Below, one piece after another: positions 17,669-27,454 of a stretch of 64,000 nucleotides of DNA; position 1 is the stretch's first letter; every line of letters starts with the position of its first letter. The position numbers and the translations under genes are program-made. Origin of the DNA: an uncultured Planctomycetales bacterium (GTDB lineage Bacteria > Omnitrophota > Gorgyraeia > Zapsychrales > Zapsychraceae); NCBI GenBank assembly GCA_964535935.1, contig CAZHWM010000012.1, positions 65,232 to 129,231 on the forward strand. Reading direction: 5' to 3'. The notes beneath the pieces were generated by a model. The model was not told the DNA's origin. It did no database searches and saw only the letters and a list, made by a program, of their open reading frames with translations.

Positions 17669-19576
17669 TTATACTTTCTCATATTCTTCTGACTTCTGCA
17701 AATGTTTTTTTAAGTTATCAACAGATTCCTTTAATAACCTGCAATACAAATCAAAACCCACAGTAGCAATATATCCATGCTGTTCTGCACCCAAAAGATT
17801 TCCTGCCCCTCTAAGTTGCATATCCTCATATGCAATATGAAAACCAGCACCTAATTCGCTAAACTTTTCAATAGCCTCAACCCTAGACCTTGCCTGTACA
17901 GATAAGCTCCTAAGACTTGGCACTAAAAAATATGCATATGCCTTTTTATTTTCCCGGCCAACCCTTCCCCGTAATTGATGCAAATCTGCCAGGCCAAACA
18001 TATCTGCCCTGTTAACAATCAGTGTATTTGCATTAGGAATATCTATTCCTGACTCTATAATAGTAGTACATACAAGCACATCTATCTTGCCTTCTAAAAA
18101 CCTAAACATAATCTCTTCAAGGAGTTTAGGTGGCATCTGTCCATGTGCTATACTTATATCCGCATCCGGCACCAACTTTTTTAATAACAAACCCATACGT
18201 TCAATATCTTCCACACGATTATGTAGAAAAAAGACCTGGCCCTTACGCCTTAATTCTCTATTTATAGCCTTCTTAATAATCTCTTCGTCAAATTCGGCTA
18301 TGATAGTCTTTACTGCCAATCTATTTTGAGGTGAAGTTGATATAACAGACATATCCTTTGCTCCTGACAAAGCCATATAAAGAGTTCGTGGTATAGGAGT
18401 AGCTGTTAGAGTAAGGACATCAGCCATGACCCTAAAATGTTTCAGCCTTTCTTTAGCCTTTACACCAAATCTTTGTTCTTCATCAACAATAATTAAGCCT
18501 AAATCCTTAAAGGCAATATCTTTTGATAATAACCTATGCGTCCCTATAATAATATCGATATCCCCATCTGCCAATCTTTTAATAATCTGTTGCTGTTCGG
18601 CCTTATTACGCAATCGGCTTATCATCTCTATATTTATAGGATATTTATTTAATCTTTGAAAAAAATTATAAAAATGTTGTTCAGCAAGTATTGTTGTGGG
18701 GACAAGAACAGCTACCTGTTTATTATCCATAACAGCCTTAAACGCTGCTCTTAAAGCTACTTCTGTCTTCCCATATCCAACATCTCCGCAAAGAAGCCTG
18801 TCCATAGGATGTGGAGATTCCATATCTGCCTTTACTTCAGATACCGCTTTAATCTGATCTGCGGTCTCTTCATATGGAAACGCTGCCTCAAATTCTCTCT
18901 GCCAATCAGTATCTTTTGAAAATACATGACCTTTCAACCCCACCCTAAGTGCCTGAGTATGCAGAAGTTCTGCTGCTAAGCGTTGTAATCTCTTTTTAAC
19001 AAGAGACTTAACTCTCTTCCATTCTTTACTACCTAACTTGTAGATACGTGGCGGCCTTTTAGAAAAACTAACATATTTCTGAACAAGATGAATATCTTCT
19101 TTAGGGACAAAGAGTCTATCTCCATCCCTATATTCTATTATAAGATAATCCTTGTTAACATCATTCACTTCTATCTGCTTTATTCCTAAAAACTTGCCTA
19201 TACCATGGTTATTATGAACGACATAATCACCTTTTTTTACATCTATAAAATTATTAAGCGGGATATCTGAAGAAAAAATTTCTTTTTTAAAGGATGGTTT
19301 CTTATTAGGGATAAGAATAACTATATTATGTTGCCATATAACAGTAGCTGTCTTAATATCTATGGTGGTAATAGAAGAGATCCTATCATCATCAAAACTT
19401 ATACGTAAAGGGGCATCAAAATTAGGAGGATATACATCTATTATCTCGCCTCTATGGCTAAACTCCCCTTGTTTTATTGTTTTTTTTACCCGATGATAAT
19501 GAAAGGCACTAAGGTTATTCAATACAACCTCAATATTAATCCTCTGGCCTGCAAACAACTCTAATGATTCAAACAT
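17669..19576 (-). CDS. mfd: transcription-repair coupling factor, compact form (~635 aa)
   Basis: The CarD/TRCF RNAP-interaction domain is VKKGDYVVHNNHGIGKFLGI...LFVPKEDIHLVQKY. Helicase motifs are GDVGYGKTEVA, IVDEEQRFG, LTLTATPIPRT and QLRGRVGR. The ORF track starts at 19651 with a TTG that overlaps secDF. The ATG at 19576 (MFESLE) is the more plausible start. Confidence 0.85.
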   Translation of the reverse strand: MFESLELFAGQRINIEVVLNNLSAFHYHRVKKTIKQGEFSHRGEIIDVYPPNFDAPLRISFDDDRISSITTIDIKTATVIWQHNIVILIPNKKPSFKKEIFSSDIPLNNFIDVKKGDYVVHNNHGIGKFLGIKQIEVNDVNKDYLIIEYRDGDRLFVPKEDIHLVQKYVSFSKRPPRIYKLGSKEWKRVKSLVKKRLQRLAAELLHTQALRVGLKGHVFSKDTDWQREFEAAFPYEETADQIKAVSEVKADMESPHPMDRLLCGDVGYGKTEVALRAAFKAVMDNKQVAVLVPTTILAEQHFYNFFQRLNKYPINIEMISRLRNKAEQQQIIKRLADGDIDIIIGTHRLLSKDIAFKDLGLIIVDEEQRFGVKAKERLKHFRVMADVLTLTATPIPRTLYMALSGAKDMSVISTSPQNRLAVKTIIAEFDEEIIKKAINRELRRKGQVFFLHNRVEDIERMGLLLKKLVPDADISIAHGQMPPKLLEEIMFRFLEGKIDVLVCTTIIESGIDIPNANTLIVNRADMFGLADLHQLRGRVGRENKKAYAYFLVPSLRSLSVQARSRVEAIEKFSELGAGFHIAYEDMQLRGAGNLLGAEQHGYIATVGFDLYCRLLKESVDNLKKHLQKSEEYEKV

Positions 19577-19610
19577 ATGCGAAGAAATAAGAAAACAAAT
19601 CCTCCATTTT

Positions 19611-21899
19611 CTATTTTTTCTTATCCCATGCCAAGACAAGAGGTGAGGCAATAAAAATAGTAGAATATGTTCCTGCTACGAAACCAATAATTAAACAAAG
19701 GGCAAATGTATTTAAAACTTCTCCTCCTTTGAAAAATAATGAAAAGACAACCAATAGAGTAGTAAGTGTAGTTAAAATTGTCCTACCCAAAGTCTGATTA
19801 ATACTCATATTAATAAGTTCTGCTAACCTTTTTTTAGGGAATTTTGCCATATTTTCCCTAACGCGATCATATATAATTATAGTGTCATTGATAGAGTACC
19901 CAGCAATAGTGAGCAAGGCTGTTACCACCAAAAGATCTATCTGTCTTCCCAACATAACCGCAATTCCCAAAGTAACAAAGACATCATGTAATAATGCTAT
20001 AACACCAGCAGTTGCAAAATCAAAGTGCTTAAATCTAAAACCAATAAAAATAAGAATACCTCCCAAAGCAAAAATAACTGCAAAGATCGCCCTTTTCCGT
20101 AAGGCCTTTCCAACAACAGGGCCAACTTTTTCTATACGCAATATCTCAAATGGATTAGAAGGAAATGCCTTTGCAAAAGCAGCCACAACCTTCTTATATG
20201 TATCTTTTGATGTCCTAATAAGGACGTTCTCTGAAGAACCATTTCGTTTAACTGTCGACTTTTTTTCAGATAAACCAAGCTTCTCTAAGCCTTTGCTTAT
20301 CGCATCATCTGATGATGGTTTTGTTATCTGAATAACCGCATCCTCTATGCCTGCTTTATCCAACGACCTTCTTAATGTCTCAGCGTTAACGGGTTTCTTA
20401 AACCTATATTCCTGTATTTGGCCTCCTGCAAAATCAATACCATATGCCTTATCTTTCTTCTGCACTAAAGCAACGACACTGGCAATAATTACAAATATGG
20501 ATATTGCAAAACAGACAAATCGTTTCGAAACAAAATCTATCTTAGAATTTTTAAACAACTGAAGCATAGTAAGTGATTTCAAAAATCCCAACTCAAAAAA
20601 TAAATCAAAAAACGTCCTTGTTACAAAAAGGGCTGTAAAAAGGCTAACAACAAGTCCTATTGAAAGTGTTACTGCAAATCCTTTAATTGGCCCTGAACCG
20701 AACTGAAATAACATAAACGCGGCAATAAGAGTAGTAGAATTTGAATCAACTATAGCCTTAAGTGCCTTATTAAATCCATTATTTATGGCTGCCTTAATAG
20801 ATCTTCCATTGTTAATTTCTTCTCTGATACGTTCGTTAATCAATACATTAGCATCTACAGCCATACCAAGAGTAAGAATAATACCTGCTATACCCGGTAA
20901 GGTTAAAGTAAGTTGAGACTCTGGTAAAGTCAGATTAAGGAATCCCATAGTACCGAATATAAGCAAAATGTTTAATACCAGAGCTATGTCTGATATCAAT
21001 CCTGCCTTTAAATAATAAACCAGCATAAAAATAAGCACCAACGCACCGCCTATAATAGTAGCAGTAATACCAGCGTTAATTGAGTCACGGCCCAAAAGTG
21101 GGCCAATGGTTCTCTCTTCTTCTATATGCATAGGCGCAGGCAATGCACCTGAACGGAGGGCTAAAGCTAACATGGATGCCTCTTCATAATTAAATTGACC
21201 GGTTATTTGAGCACTGCCACTTAGAATAGGTTCTTTAATATTAGGAGCTGTCAAAACCTCACCATCCAAAATCGCAGCTAATCTTCTGCCTACATTCTTT
21301 CTTGTAATATCTGCAAACTTTTTTGCACCTTCCGCGTTAAATTTTAAAGAAATATATGGTTCCCCGAAACCTGTCTGATCAAAATCCACTCTTGCATCTA
21401 CGATTGTATCTCCGTTTAATGCCACCTTATCTTGAACTAATAATGGTTCAGGTTTTTCTGCTCCCGTCCTATCTTTTACATATTTTAGTATATAGCCTTT
21501 CGGAACTTTACCTTTCAATGCTTCCTTTAATTTTTCAGGGTCATCATTAACTAACCTAAACTCAAGCTGCGCAACCTTACCTATCATCTGAATAGCCTTG
21601 TCACGATCGGTTATTCCCGGTAACTGAACCAAAATTTCATCCTCTCCCTGCCTTTGAATAACAGTCTCCCCAACACCTAGGCTATCAATACGATTTCGCA
21701 ATATCTCAATAGCGCGTAAAACTGCATCCTTCTTAGCATTTTTATCCAATTTTTCAGTTTCAACCTTTAAAATAAGATGCATCCCACCCTTTAAATCAAG
21801 GCCTAAATTAATATGCTTTTCTACAGGGAAAGTAAGATATATTGCAGCCACCACCACCGCGATTATAACCAATAGCCTATTTCTCAAACTCTTTCGCAT
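19611..21899 (-). CDS. secDF: protein translocase subunit SecDF (fused)
   Basis: A 762-aa single ORF has a SecD-like periplasmic domain plus 6 TM (GLDLKGGMHL, QQGEDEILVQLPG) and then a SecF-like half (GIDFAGG, SINDTIIIYDRVREN). Confidence 0.9.
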   Translation of the reverse strand: MRKSLRNRLLVIIAVVVAAIYLTFPVEKHINLGLDLKGGMHLILKVETEKLDKNAKKDAVLRAIEILRNRIDSLGVGETVIQRQGEDEILVQLPGITDRDKAIQMIGKVAQLEFRLVNDDPEKLKEALKGKVPKGYILKYVKDRTGAEKPEPLLVQDKVALNGDTIVDARVDFDQTGFGEPYISLKFNAEGAKKFADITRKNVGRRLAAILDGEVLTAPNIKEPILSGSAQITGQFNYEEASMLALALRSGALPAPMHIEEERTIGPLLGRDSINAGITATIIGGALVLIFMLVYYLKAGLISDIALVLNILLIFGTMGFLNLTLPESQLTLTLPGIAGIILTLGMAVDANVLINERIREEINNGRSIKAAINNGFNKALKAIVDSNSTTLIAAFMLFQFGSGPIKGFAVTLSIGLVVSLFTALFVTRTFFDLFFELGFLKSLTMLQLFKNSKIDFVSKRFVCFAISIFVIIASVVALVQKKDKAYGIDFAGGQIQEYRFKKPVNAETLRRSLDKAGIEDAVIQITKPSSDDAISKGLEKLGLSEKKSTVKRNGSSENVLIRTSKDTYKKVVAAFAKAFPSNPFEILRIEKVGPVVGKALRKRAIFAVIFALGGILIFIGFRFKHFDFATAGVIALLHDVFVTLGIAVMLGRQIDLLVVTALLTIAGYSINDTIIIYDRVRENMAKFPKKRLAELINMSINQTLGRTILTTLTTLLVVFSLFFKGGEVLNTFALCLIIGFVAGTYSTIFIASPLVLAWDKKK

Positions 21900-21975
21900 A
21901 TCTCCTCCTGATTTTTTGATAAAACCACATAAATTTTATTACATAAACAATCCTAACAGTTACAAATTTATACTA

Positions 21976-22266
21976 TTAGGAATTATTTTTACTTTTAACA
22001 GATGTAATTGCATCCTTATTAAACTCTATTCTTACATTATCATCAACCCGCAAAATAACAGTATCATTCTTTATCATAACTACCTTCCCATGAATGCCTC
22101 CTGCAGTTATAACTTCATCATTTTTCTTTAAATTAGTAAGCATATTAGCATGTTCCTTCTGCTTTTCTTTTTGTGGTTTGAGAACTAAGAAATAAAAAAT
22201 GAAAAATATTAAAATATAAGGAATAATAGGCAATTGGGTTAAAGCAGAAGCATGTTCAGCCTGCAT
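21976..22266 (-). CDS. yajC: preprotein translocase subunit YajC
   Basis: There is a single TM and then the motif ITAGGIHGKVVMIKNDTVILRVDDNVRIEFNKDAI. Confidence 0.8.
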   Translation of the reverse strand: MQAEHASALTQLPIIPYILIFFIFYFLVLKPQKEKQKEHANMLTNLKKNDEVITAGGIHGKVVMIKNDTVILRVDDNVRIEFNKDAITSVKSKNNS

Positions 22267-22324
22267 AATATCTCCTTTTTATTAATATATAAAATTAAAA
22301 TATAGATTAGTTACTTTATTCTTT

Positions 22325-22573
22325 TTATTTTTTCTTTGCCTTACGTACCAGTGACTTCACTGTGTCACTCATCTGTGCTCCTCTACTCAACCATTTATTT
22401 AATTTTTCTTCATCAACTACAATAACTGCCGGTTCTTTTGCAGGGTCATAATGCCCGATAATCTCTAAATGCCTGCCATCGCGTTTGTTTGCACGCGGCA
22501 TAGCAACAATCCTAAAATTGTAACTTCCCTTTGCAGGTTTGCCTGCCTTTTGTAACCTGATTCTAACTTCCAT
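22325..22573 (-). CDS. rpsP: 30S ribosomal protein S16
   Basis: VRIRLQKAGKPAKGSYNFRIVAMPRANKRDGRHLEIIGHYDP matches the S16 pattern. Confidence 0.93.
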   Translation of the reverse strand: MEVRIRLQKAGKPAKGSYNFRIVAMPRANKRDGRHLEIIGHYDPAKEPAVIVVDEEKLNKWLSRGAQMSDTVKSLVRKAKKK

Positions 22574-22656
22574 ATACTTAACTCCTCTTTTTATAGATTA
22601 TTTATCTTATTTTTTAGCTTATAATTCATCCTTAAAACCATTCAAAAAACTGTTTC

Positions 22657-24237
22657 CTAATCACTATCAATAGCAGAATGAGCAAGTTCTATCGCCTTTA
22701 TTTGTGCCATAGCCTTATTTATTGTTTCACTATATTCCTTCTCTGGGGCAGAATCAGCGACAATGCCTGCTCCTGCCTGAACATATGCCTTACCTTTAGT
22801 AACAACTATTGTCCTTATTGTTATACAGCTCTCAAAGTCTCCAGAAAAACTAAAATAACCAATACAACCTGCGTATGGTCCACGACAAACATCTTCTAAA
22901 TCCTCAATAATCTCCATAGCTCGTATCTTAGGAGCACCTGACACTGTACCAGCAGGGAAAGTTGCCTTAAGCACATCAAAAATATCCTTTCCATGTGCTA
23001 ATTCTCCACGCACATTACTTACTATATGCATTACATGGGAATATCTCTCAATAGTCATAAATTCTGATAAATGGACTGTGCCTTTCTTACAAACCCGACC
23101 AAGATCATTGCGACCAAGATCAACTAACATAATATGTTCAGCTTTTTCCTTAGGATCTCTCAACAAATCCTCTGCTAACCTATCATCTTCTTCTCTATTT
23201 TCCCCTCTAGGACGCGTTCCTGCTATGGGCCGTGTTTCAACTATACCTGCCTCACATTTGACCAACAATTCTGGAGATGCACCTATAATATAAAGATCTT
23301 CAAAATTGAGATAATACATATAAGGTGAAGGATTAAGTAGCCTTAAAGCACGATATATCTCAAATGGATCAACGGATAAATCCATTTCAAACCGTTGAGA
23401 TAATACAACCTGAATAATCTCACCAGCCCTTATCTGTTTTTTTGCCTCTTTTACAATCTTTTTAAAACGTTCTTCTGAAAAGTTAGATTTTGGCTTAAAC
23501 CTACAACTATAATTACCCTTACCCGGCTTATGTCTTATTGTAAAAATCGGTTGTCTCAATTCCTGTATAAGCCTATCTATCTTTCTCATTGCCTTTTTAT
23601 ACCCTCTCAGAAGCGTATGGTTTGTCTCATCCTTATCCACCTCAATACAACATACAACCTTTATCTTATGATTGAGATGATCAAAAATGAGAATATCTTT
23701 CGCAAGCATAAGGAACACATCCGGCAAATTTAAATCATCCTTTACTTTCTCTGGCAATTTTTCAAAGAACCTTACTATTTCATAACTAAAATAACCTACC
23801 ATACCACCACAAAATTGTGGCAGTTGTGGAATATTAACGAATTTGTATTTCTGCAATATCTCTTTAATAATAGAAAGCGGTGTATCATCTATATCTTTCT
23901 CTTCATAAAACTCCTTACCGTTTTTCAACCTTGTTATCCTAGCCCTCCTCCCCTTACTCTGAAACACTAACTCTGGATTACGTGCTAAAAAAGAAAACCT
24001 TGCTACTCGTTCTTCTCCTTCGACAGACTCAAGTAAAAAAGAATACTTTGCATCCTGAGCTATTTTAAAAAAGGCGGAAACAGGTGTATCCATATCTGCC
24101 ACAATTTCTTTATAAACAGGAATAAGATTACCTTTTTTAACTAATCGCAAAAACTCAGATTCATTAAGATATGATACTATCTTAGATGCCCTTGCCCTTA
24201 CACCTGATTTCCCTTCTTTGGATGCGTATATATTCAT
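22657..24237 (-). CDS. trpE: anthranilate synthase component I
   Basis: The Trp-feedback motif LLESVEGEERVARFSF is present, together with the chorismate-binding core GAPKIRAMEIIEDLE, RGPYAGCIGYF and IVADSAPEKEYSET. The gene starts 15 nt after the hisI stop. Confidence 0.88.
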   Translation of the reverse strand: MNIYASKEGKSGVRARASKIVSYLNESEFLRLVKKGNLIPVYKEIVADMDTPVSAFFKIAQDAKYSFLLESVEGEERVARFSFLARNPELVFQSKGRRARITRLKNGKEFYEEKDIDDTPLSIIKEILQKYKFVNIPQLPQFCGGMVGYFSYEIVRFFEKLPEKVKDDLNLPDVFLMLAKDILIFDHLNHKIKVVCCIEVDKDETNHTLLRGYKKAMRKIDRLIQELRQPIFTIRHKPGKGNYSCRFKPKSNFSEERFKKIVKEAKKQIRAGEIIQVVLSQRFEMDLSVDPFEIYRALRLLNPSPYMYYLNFEDLYIIGASPELLVKCEAGIVETRPIAGTRPRGENREEDDRLAEDLLRDPKEKAEHIMLVDLGRNDLGRVCKKGTVHLSEFMTIERYSHVMHIVSNVRGELAHGKDIFDVLKATFPAGTVSGAPKIRAMEIIEDLEDVCRGPYAGCIGYFSFSGDFESCITIRTIVVTKGKAYVQAGAGIVADSAPEKEYSETINKAMAQIKAIELAHSAIDSD

Positions 24238-24252
24238 ATAAAATATATTCCA

Positions 24253-24609
24253 CTACTTTTCTATCTTACGATAAAAACAACTTTTTTTATTAGTATGACA
24301 TGCAGCGCCCACCTGCCTTACCTTAATCAACAACGTATCGCAATCACAATCATAGTATATTGCCTTCACATATTGAAAATGTCCACTTGTCATACCCTTC
24401 ACCCACAATTCCTGTCGTGAACGTGACCAGTAACAAGCAACACCGTCTTTTAATGTCTTCCTTAAAGACTCAAGATTCATATAAGCAAGCATTAAGACAT
24501 CCTTGCTTTTATAATCCTGCACCACTACCGGAATCAGTCCATCTTTGTTAAACCTTAACTTCCTAATTGTTCTTGGTGTTATTTTGATTGTTTCAATACT
24601 TTGTTTCAT
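24253..24609 (-). CDS. hisI: phosphoribosyl-AMP cyclohydrolase (HisI domain only)
   Basis: [40 protein letters not shown] and DCDCDTLL are present. At 118 aa there is no HisE domain. Confidence 0.9.
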   Translation of the reverse strand: MKQSIETIKITPRTIRKLRFNKDGLIPVVVQDYKSKDVLMLAYMNLESLRKTLKDGVACYWSRSRQELWVKGMTSGHFQYVKAIYYDCDCDTLLIKVRQVGAACHTNKKSCFYRKIEK

Positions 24610-24664
24610 ATAAATCCTCTTTCATATAAAAAATATTCTTAAAATTTTAAAACCTACAACTAAC

Positions 24665-25420
24665 CTATAACCTCACATTAATACCTTTCTCACTTAAAAA
24701 CTTCTTCACATCTCCTACACTAAACTCCTGATAATGAAATACAGATGCTGCAAGTGCCGCATCTGCGGATGTCCTAATAAATACTTCAAAAAAATGCTCA
24801 AGCCTGCCTGCCCCACCTGATGCAATAACCGGGATTCTGACTGCATTACATACCGCATCCGTCAAAGCAATATCATAACCATCTTTAGTGCCATCAGAAT
24901 CCATACTGGTAAGCAATATTTCACCTGCGCCCAACCCCTCTGCCTGTCTCGCCCATTCTACCACATCTTTACCAGTAGGAGTCCTGCCACCATGAACATA
25001 TACCTCCCAGCCCCTATCTATCTTTTTCGCATCTATTGCAACAACAATACACTGGCTACCAAACCTATCAGCGGATAGCTTTATCAAATCAGGATTCTTT
25101 ACTGCTGCTGTATTTATAGAAACCTTATCCGCCCCAGCATTCAATAACCTGCGAATATCTTCAACATCTGTTATCCCCCCACCAACCGTCAATGGCATAA
25201 ATACCTTCTCTGCTGTCTTACGAACAACATCAATAATAATAGACCGTCTCTCATGACTCGCAGTTATATCAAGAAAAACAATCTCATCAGCCCTTTGCTT
25301 ATCATAAAGCTCCGCGACCTCAACCGGATCTCCTGCATCTTTTAGATTTACAAAATTTGTCCCTTTGACAACACGTCCGTCTTTTACATCAAGACACGGT
25401 ATTATCCGCTTTGTTAACAT
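24665..25420 (-). CDS. hisF: imidazole glycerol phosphate synthase cyclase subunit
   Basis: [29 protein letters not shown] and PVIASGGAG are present. Confidence 0.95.
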   Translation of the reverse strand: MLTKRIIPCLDVKDGRVVKGTNFVNLKDAGDPVEVAELYDKQRADEIVFLDITASHERRSIIIDVVRKTAEKVFMPLTVGGGITDVEDIRRLLNAGADKVSINTAAVKNPDLIKLSADRFGSQCIVVAIDAKKIDRGWEVYVHGGRTPTGKDVVEWARQAEGLGAGEILLTSMDSDGTKDGYDIALTDAVCNAVRIPVIASGGAGRLEHFFEVFIRTSADAALAASVFHYQEFSVGDVKKFLSEKGINVRL

Positions 25421-26159
25421 ATCCCTCTCTCTTCATCTCGGAAACTATATCTATAGCTCTTTTTAAATCTATCTTCCCTTCATATATAGCCTTACCGATA
25501 ATAACACCTATTATACCATCATTCTCCATGGCCGCTATCCTTAATATATCTTCTAATATTGAGACCCCTCCGGATGCTATAACAGGGATATCAGTAGTCT
25601 TTAATAACTCTTCAATACCCTTAAAATTAGGCCCAGTCAACATACCATCACGTGTCACATCTGTATATACAATTGAACCCACTCCAATATCAGCCAACTC
25701 TCTTACAAAATCAGATACCTTTATACCTGTATTAGAAACCCAACCTTCTCCTAACAGTATCCCTTCTGAACAATCAAGACTGACACATACTCTATCCTGC
25801 CACGTATTAACAGCTTCTTCTAAAAAGTCTCTTGAACTAATAGCCCCAGTCCCTAAAATAACCCTTTTTACACCACCTTCAATAAGTCTAAGAATATCAT
25901 CCTTTTTTCGTATACCACCCCCTACCTGTATAGAAACCTCTACACAAGAAGCTATCTTTAATATAATATCTGTGTTCTTAGGACTCCCTTCTTTAGCACC
26001 ATCTAAATCAACAATATGAAGCCATTCTGCTCCCTGGGATACCCAATGTTTTGCCATGTCGACTGGGTCAGCACCATACTCAGTAACCTTATCAAACTTA
26101 CCCTGAAGTAATCTAACAACATGCCTATTCTTTATATCAATAGCAGGGAAAACAACCAT
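25389..26159 (-). CDS. hisA: 1-(5-phosphoribosyl)-5-[(5-phosphoribosylamino)methylideneamino]imidazole-4-carboxamide isomerase
   Basis: [34 protein letters not shown] and PVIASGGV are present. The gene overlaps hisF by 32 nt. Confidence 0.92.
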   Translation of the reverse strand: MVVFPAIDIKNRHVVRLLQGKFDKVTEYGADPVDMAKHWVSQGAEWLHIVDLDGAKEGSPKNTDIILKIASCVEVSIQVGGGIRKKDDILRLIEGGVKRVILGTGAISSRDFLEEAVNTWQDRVCVSLDCSEGILLGEGWVSNTGIKVSDFVRELADIGVGSIVYTDVTRDGMLTGPNFKGIEELLKTTDIPVIASGGVSILEDILRIAAMENDGIIGVIIGKAIYEGKIDLKRAIDIVSEMKREGYVNKADNTVS

Positions 26160-26176
26160 ATCTCTACCTAATAAGT

Positions 26177-26779
26177 TTATAACTCTGCAAAATTTTTTAA
26201 TATTCTCAAGCCCTCTTGCTGACTCTTCTCTGGATGAAACTGTACGCCAAATATATTACCACAATACACAGAAGAAGCAAACTTTATACCATAATCAGTG
26301 GAAGTAGTAACTATGTTTTTATCCAAGACATCTACATAATATGAATGACAAAAATACACATTAATAGGAAACTCCAATCCCTTAAAAATAGGACAATTAT
26401 TTATATTCAAGCTAAGCTGATTCCATCCCATATGGGGCACCTTAACTGTTGGAGGGAACCTTTTAACCCTACCTTGCAATATACCAAGCCCCTTAACCAA
26501 ACCACCTTCATAACTCTCTTCAAAAAGCAGCTGAAATCCTAGACAAATCCCAAGAAAAGGCACACCAGCCTTAACAACATCCTTTATAATAGAAATCAAG
26601 CCCAAATCTCTAAGTCTATCAACAGCTGGTTTAATAGCCCCCACTCCTGGAAGCACTATCTTATCTGCAGATTTAATATTATGCTTATCTTGACTAACTT
26701 TAACCTCAGCACCCACACTCTCAAAGGCCTTCTCAACACTCCTCAAATTTCCCATTCCATAATCTATAACCGTAATCAT
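26177..26779 (-). CDS. hisH: imidazole glycerol phosphate synthase glutamine amidotransferase subunit
   Basis: ITVIDYGMGNLRSVEKAF, the catalytic Cys motif GICLGFQLL, and FGVQFHPEKS are present. Confidence 0.92.
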   Translation of the reverse strand: MITVIDYGMGNLRSVEKAFESVGAEVKVSQDKHNIKSADKIVLPGVGAIKPAVDRLRDLGLISIIKDVVKAGVPFLGICLGFQLLFEESYEGGLVKGLGILQGRVKRFPPTVKVPHMGWNQLSLNINNCPIFKGLEFPINVYFCHSYYVDVLDKNIVTTSTDYGIKFASSVYCGNIFGVQFHPEKSQQEGLRILKNFAEL

Positions 26780-26790
26780 AGCAAACTGCC

Positions 26791-27423
26791 TTAATCAATT
26801 ATACCCTTAGTTGAAGGCACCTCATCAGGCCTGCGAGGATCTATCTGTGTAGCCTGATCCAGTGCCAATCCTAACGATTTAAAAACAGTCTCAACATTAG
26901 TATGTAAATCAGGACTGGGATTATCAATAAAAATATTTATTGTAGCCCCTAAGCCATGAGCAAAAGACTCCATAAAATGCTCTAAATAAGTAAGAGAGTA
27001 ATTTTCTTCTGATTTGATATCAACAGAAGCAATATCCTTACCTCCAACACTAATCTTTAAATAACCTCGCCCACTAATATCTACTACAGTTCGCCCTAAA
27101 CATGATTCCATAGGCGCAAACCCTACTCCAAACCGCTTAATACCTTGTTTTTCTCCTAATGCCTTTTTAAACACCTTACCCAAAACGATACCTATATCTT
27201 CATTCGTATGATGCAGATCTATCTCTTCATCGTTTTTTAAAACCTCTAATATCAAATCAAAATAACCATGAAACGCAAACAACTCTAACATATGATCTAA
27301 AAATGCTATCCTTGTCTTTATCTGTATCTGTCCTTTACCATCGATATTTAACTCTGCCTTAATCTCTGTCTCCCTGCTTTTTCTTATATATTCTGCCTTT
27401 CGCATAATTTCTCCCTTCCACAA
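26791..27423 (-). CDS. hisB: imidazoleglycerol-phosphate dehydratase (monofunctional, no phosphatase domain)
   Basis: RKSRETEIKAELNIDG, FLDHMLELFAFHG, DLHHTNEDIGIVLG and HHIVESFFKAL-like motifs are present. The start may be the ATG at 27405 (MRKAEY). Confidence 0.92.
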   Translation of the reverse strand: MWKGEIMRKAEYIRKSRETEIKAELNIDGKGQIQIKTRIAFLDHMLELFAFHGYFDLILEVLKNDEEIDLHHTNEDIGIVLGKVFKKALGEKQGIKRFGVGFAPMESCLGRTVVDISGRGYLKISVGGKDIASVDIKSEENYSLTYLEHFMESFAHGLGATINIFIDNPSPDLHTNVETVFKSLGLALDQATQIDPRRPDEVPSTKGIID

Positions 27424-27454
27424 AAAAAACTATAAAAATTCTACAAAAAAAGCT

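Noticed and set aside
19577-19651. 25-codon N-terminal extension of the mfd ORF in the track (MPHLLSWHGIRKNRKWRICFLISSH).
   Set aside because: It starts at a TTG, overlaps the secDF 3' end by 41 nt, and has no similarity to Mfd. The ATG at 19576 is preferred. Likewise, I set aside the TTG-started extensions of clpP (56917..56979) and the U32 gene (6261..6272).
25411-26019. 202-aa plus-strand ORF.
   Set aside because: It lies entirely antisense to hisA, which has unambiguous motifs. Its translation is low-complexity (S/I/P/T-rich) with no recognisable family. This is typical of a stop-free antisense frame.
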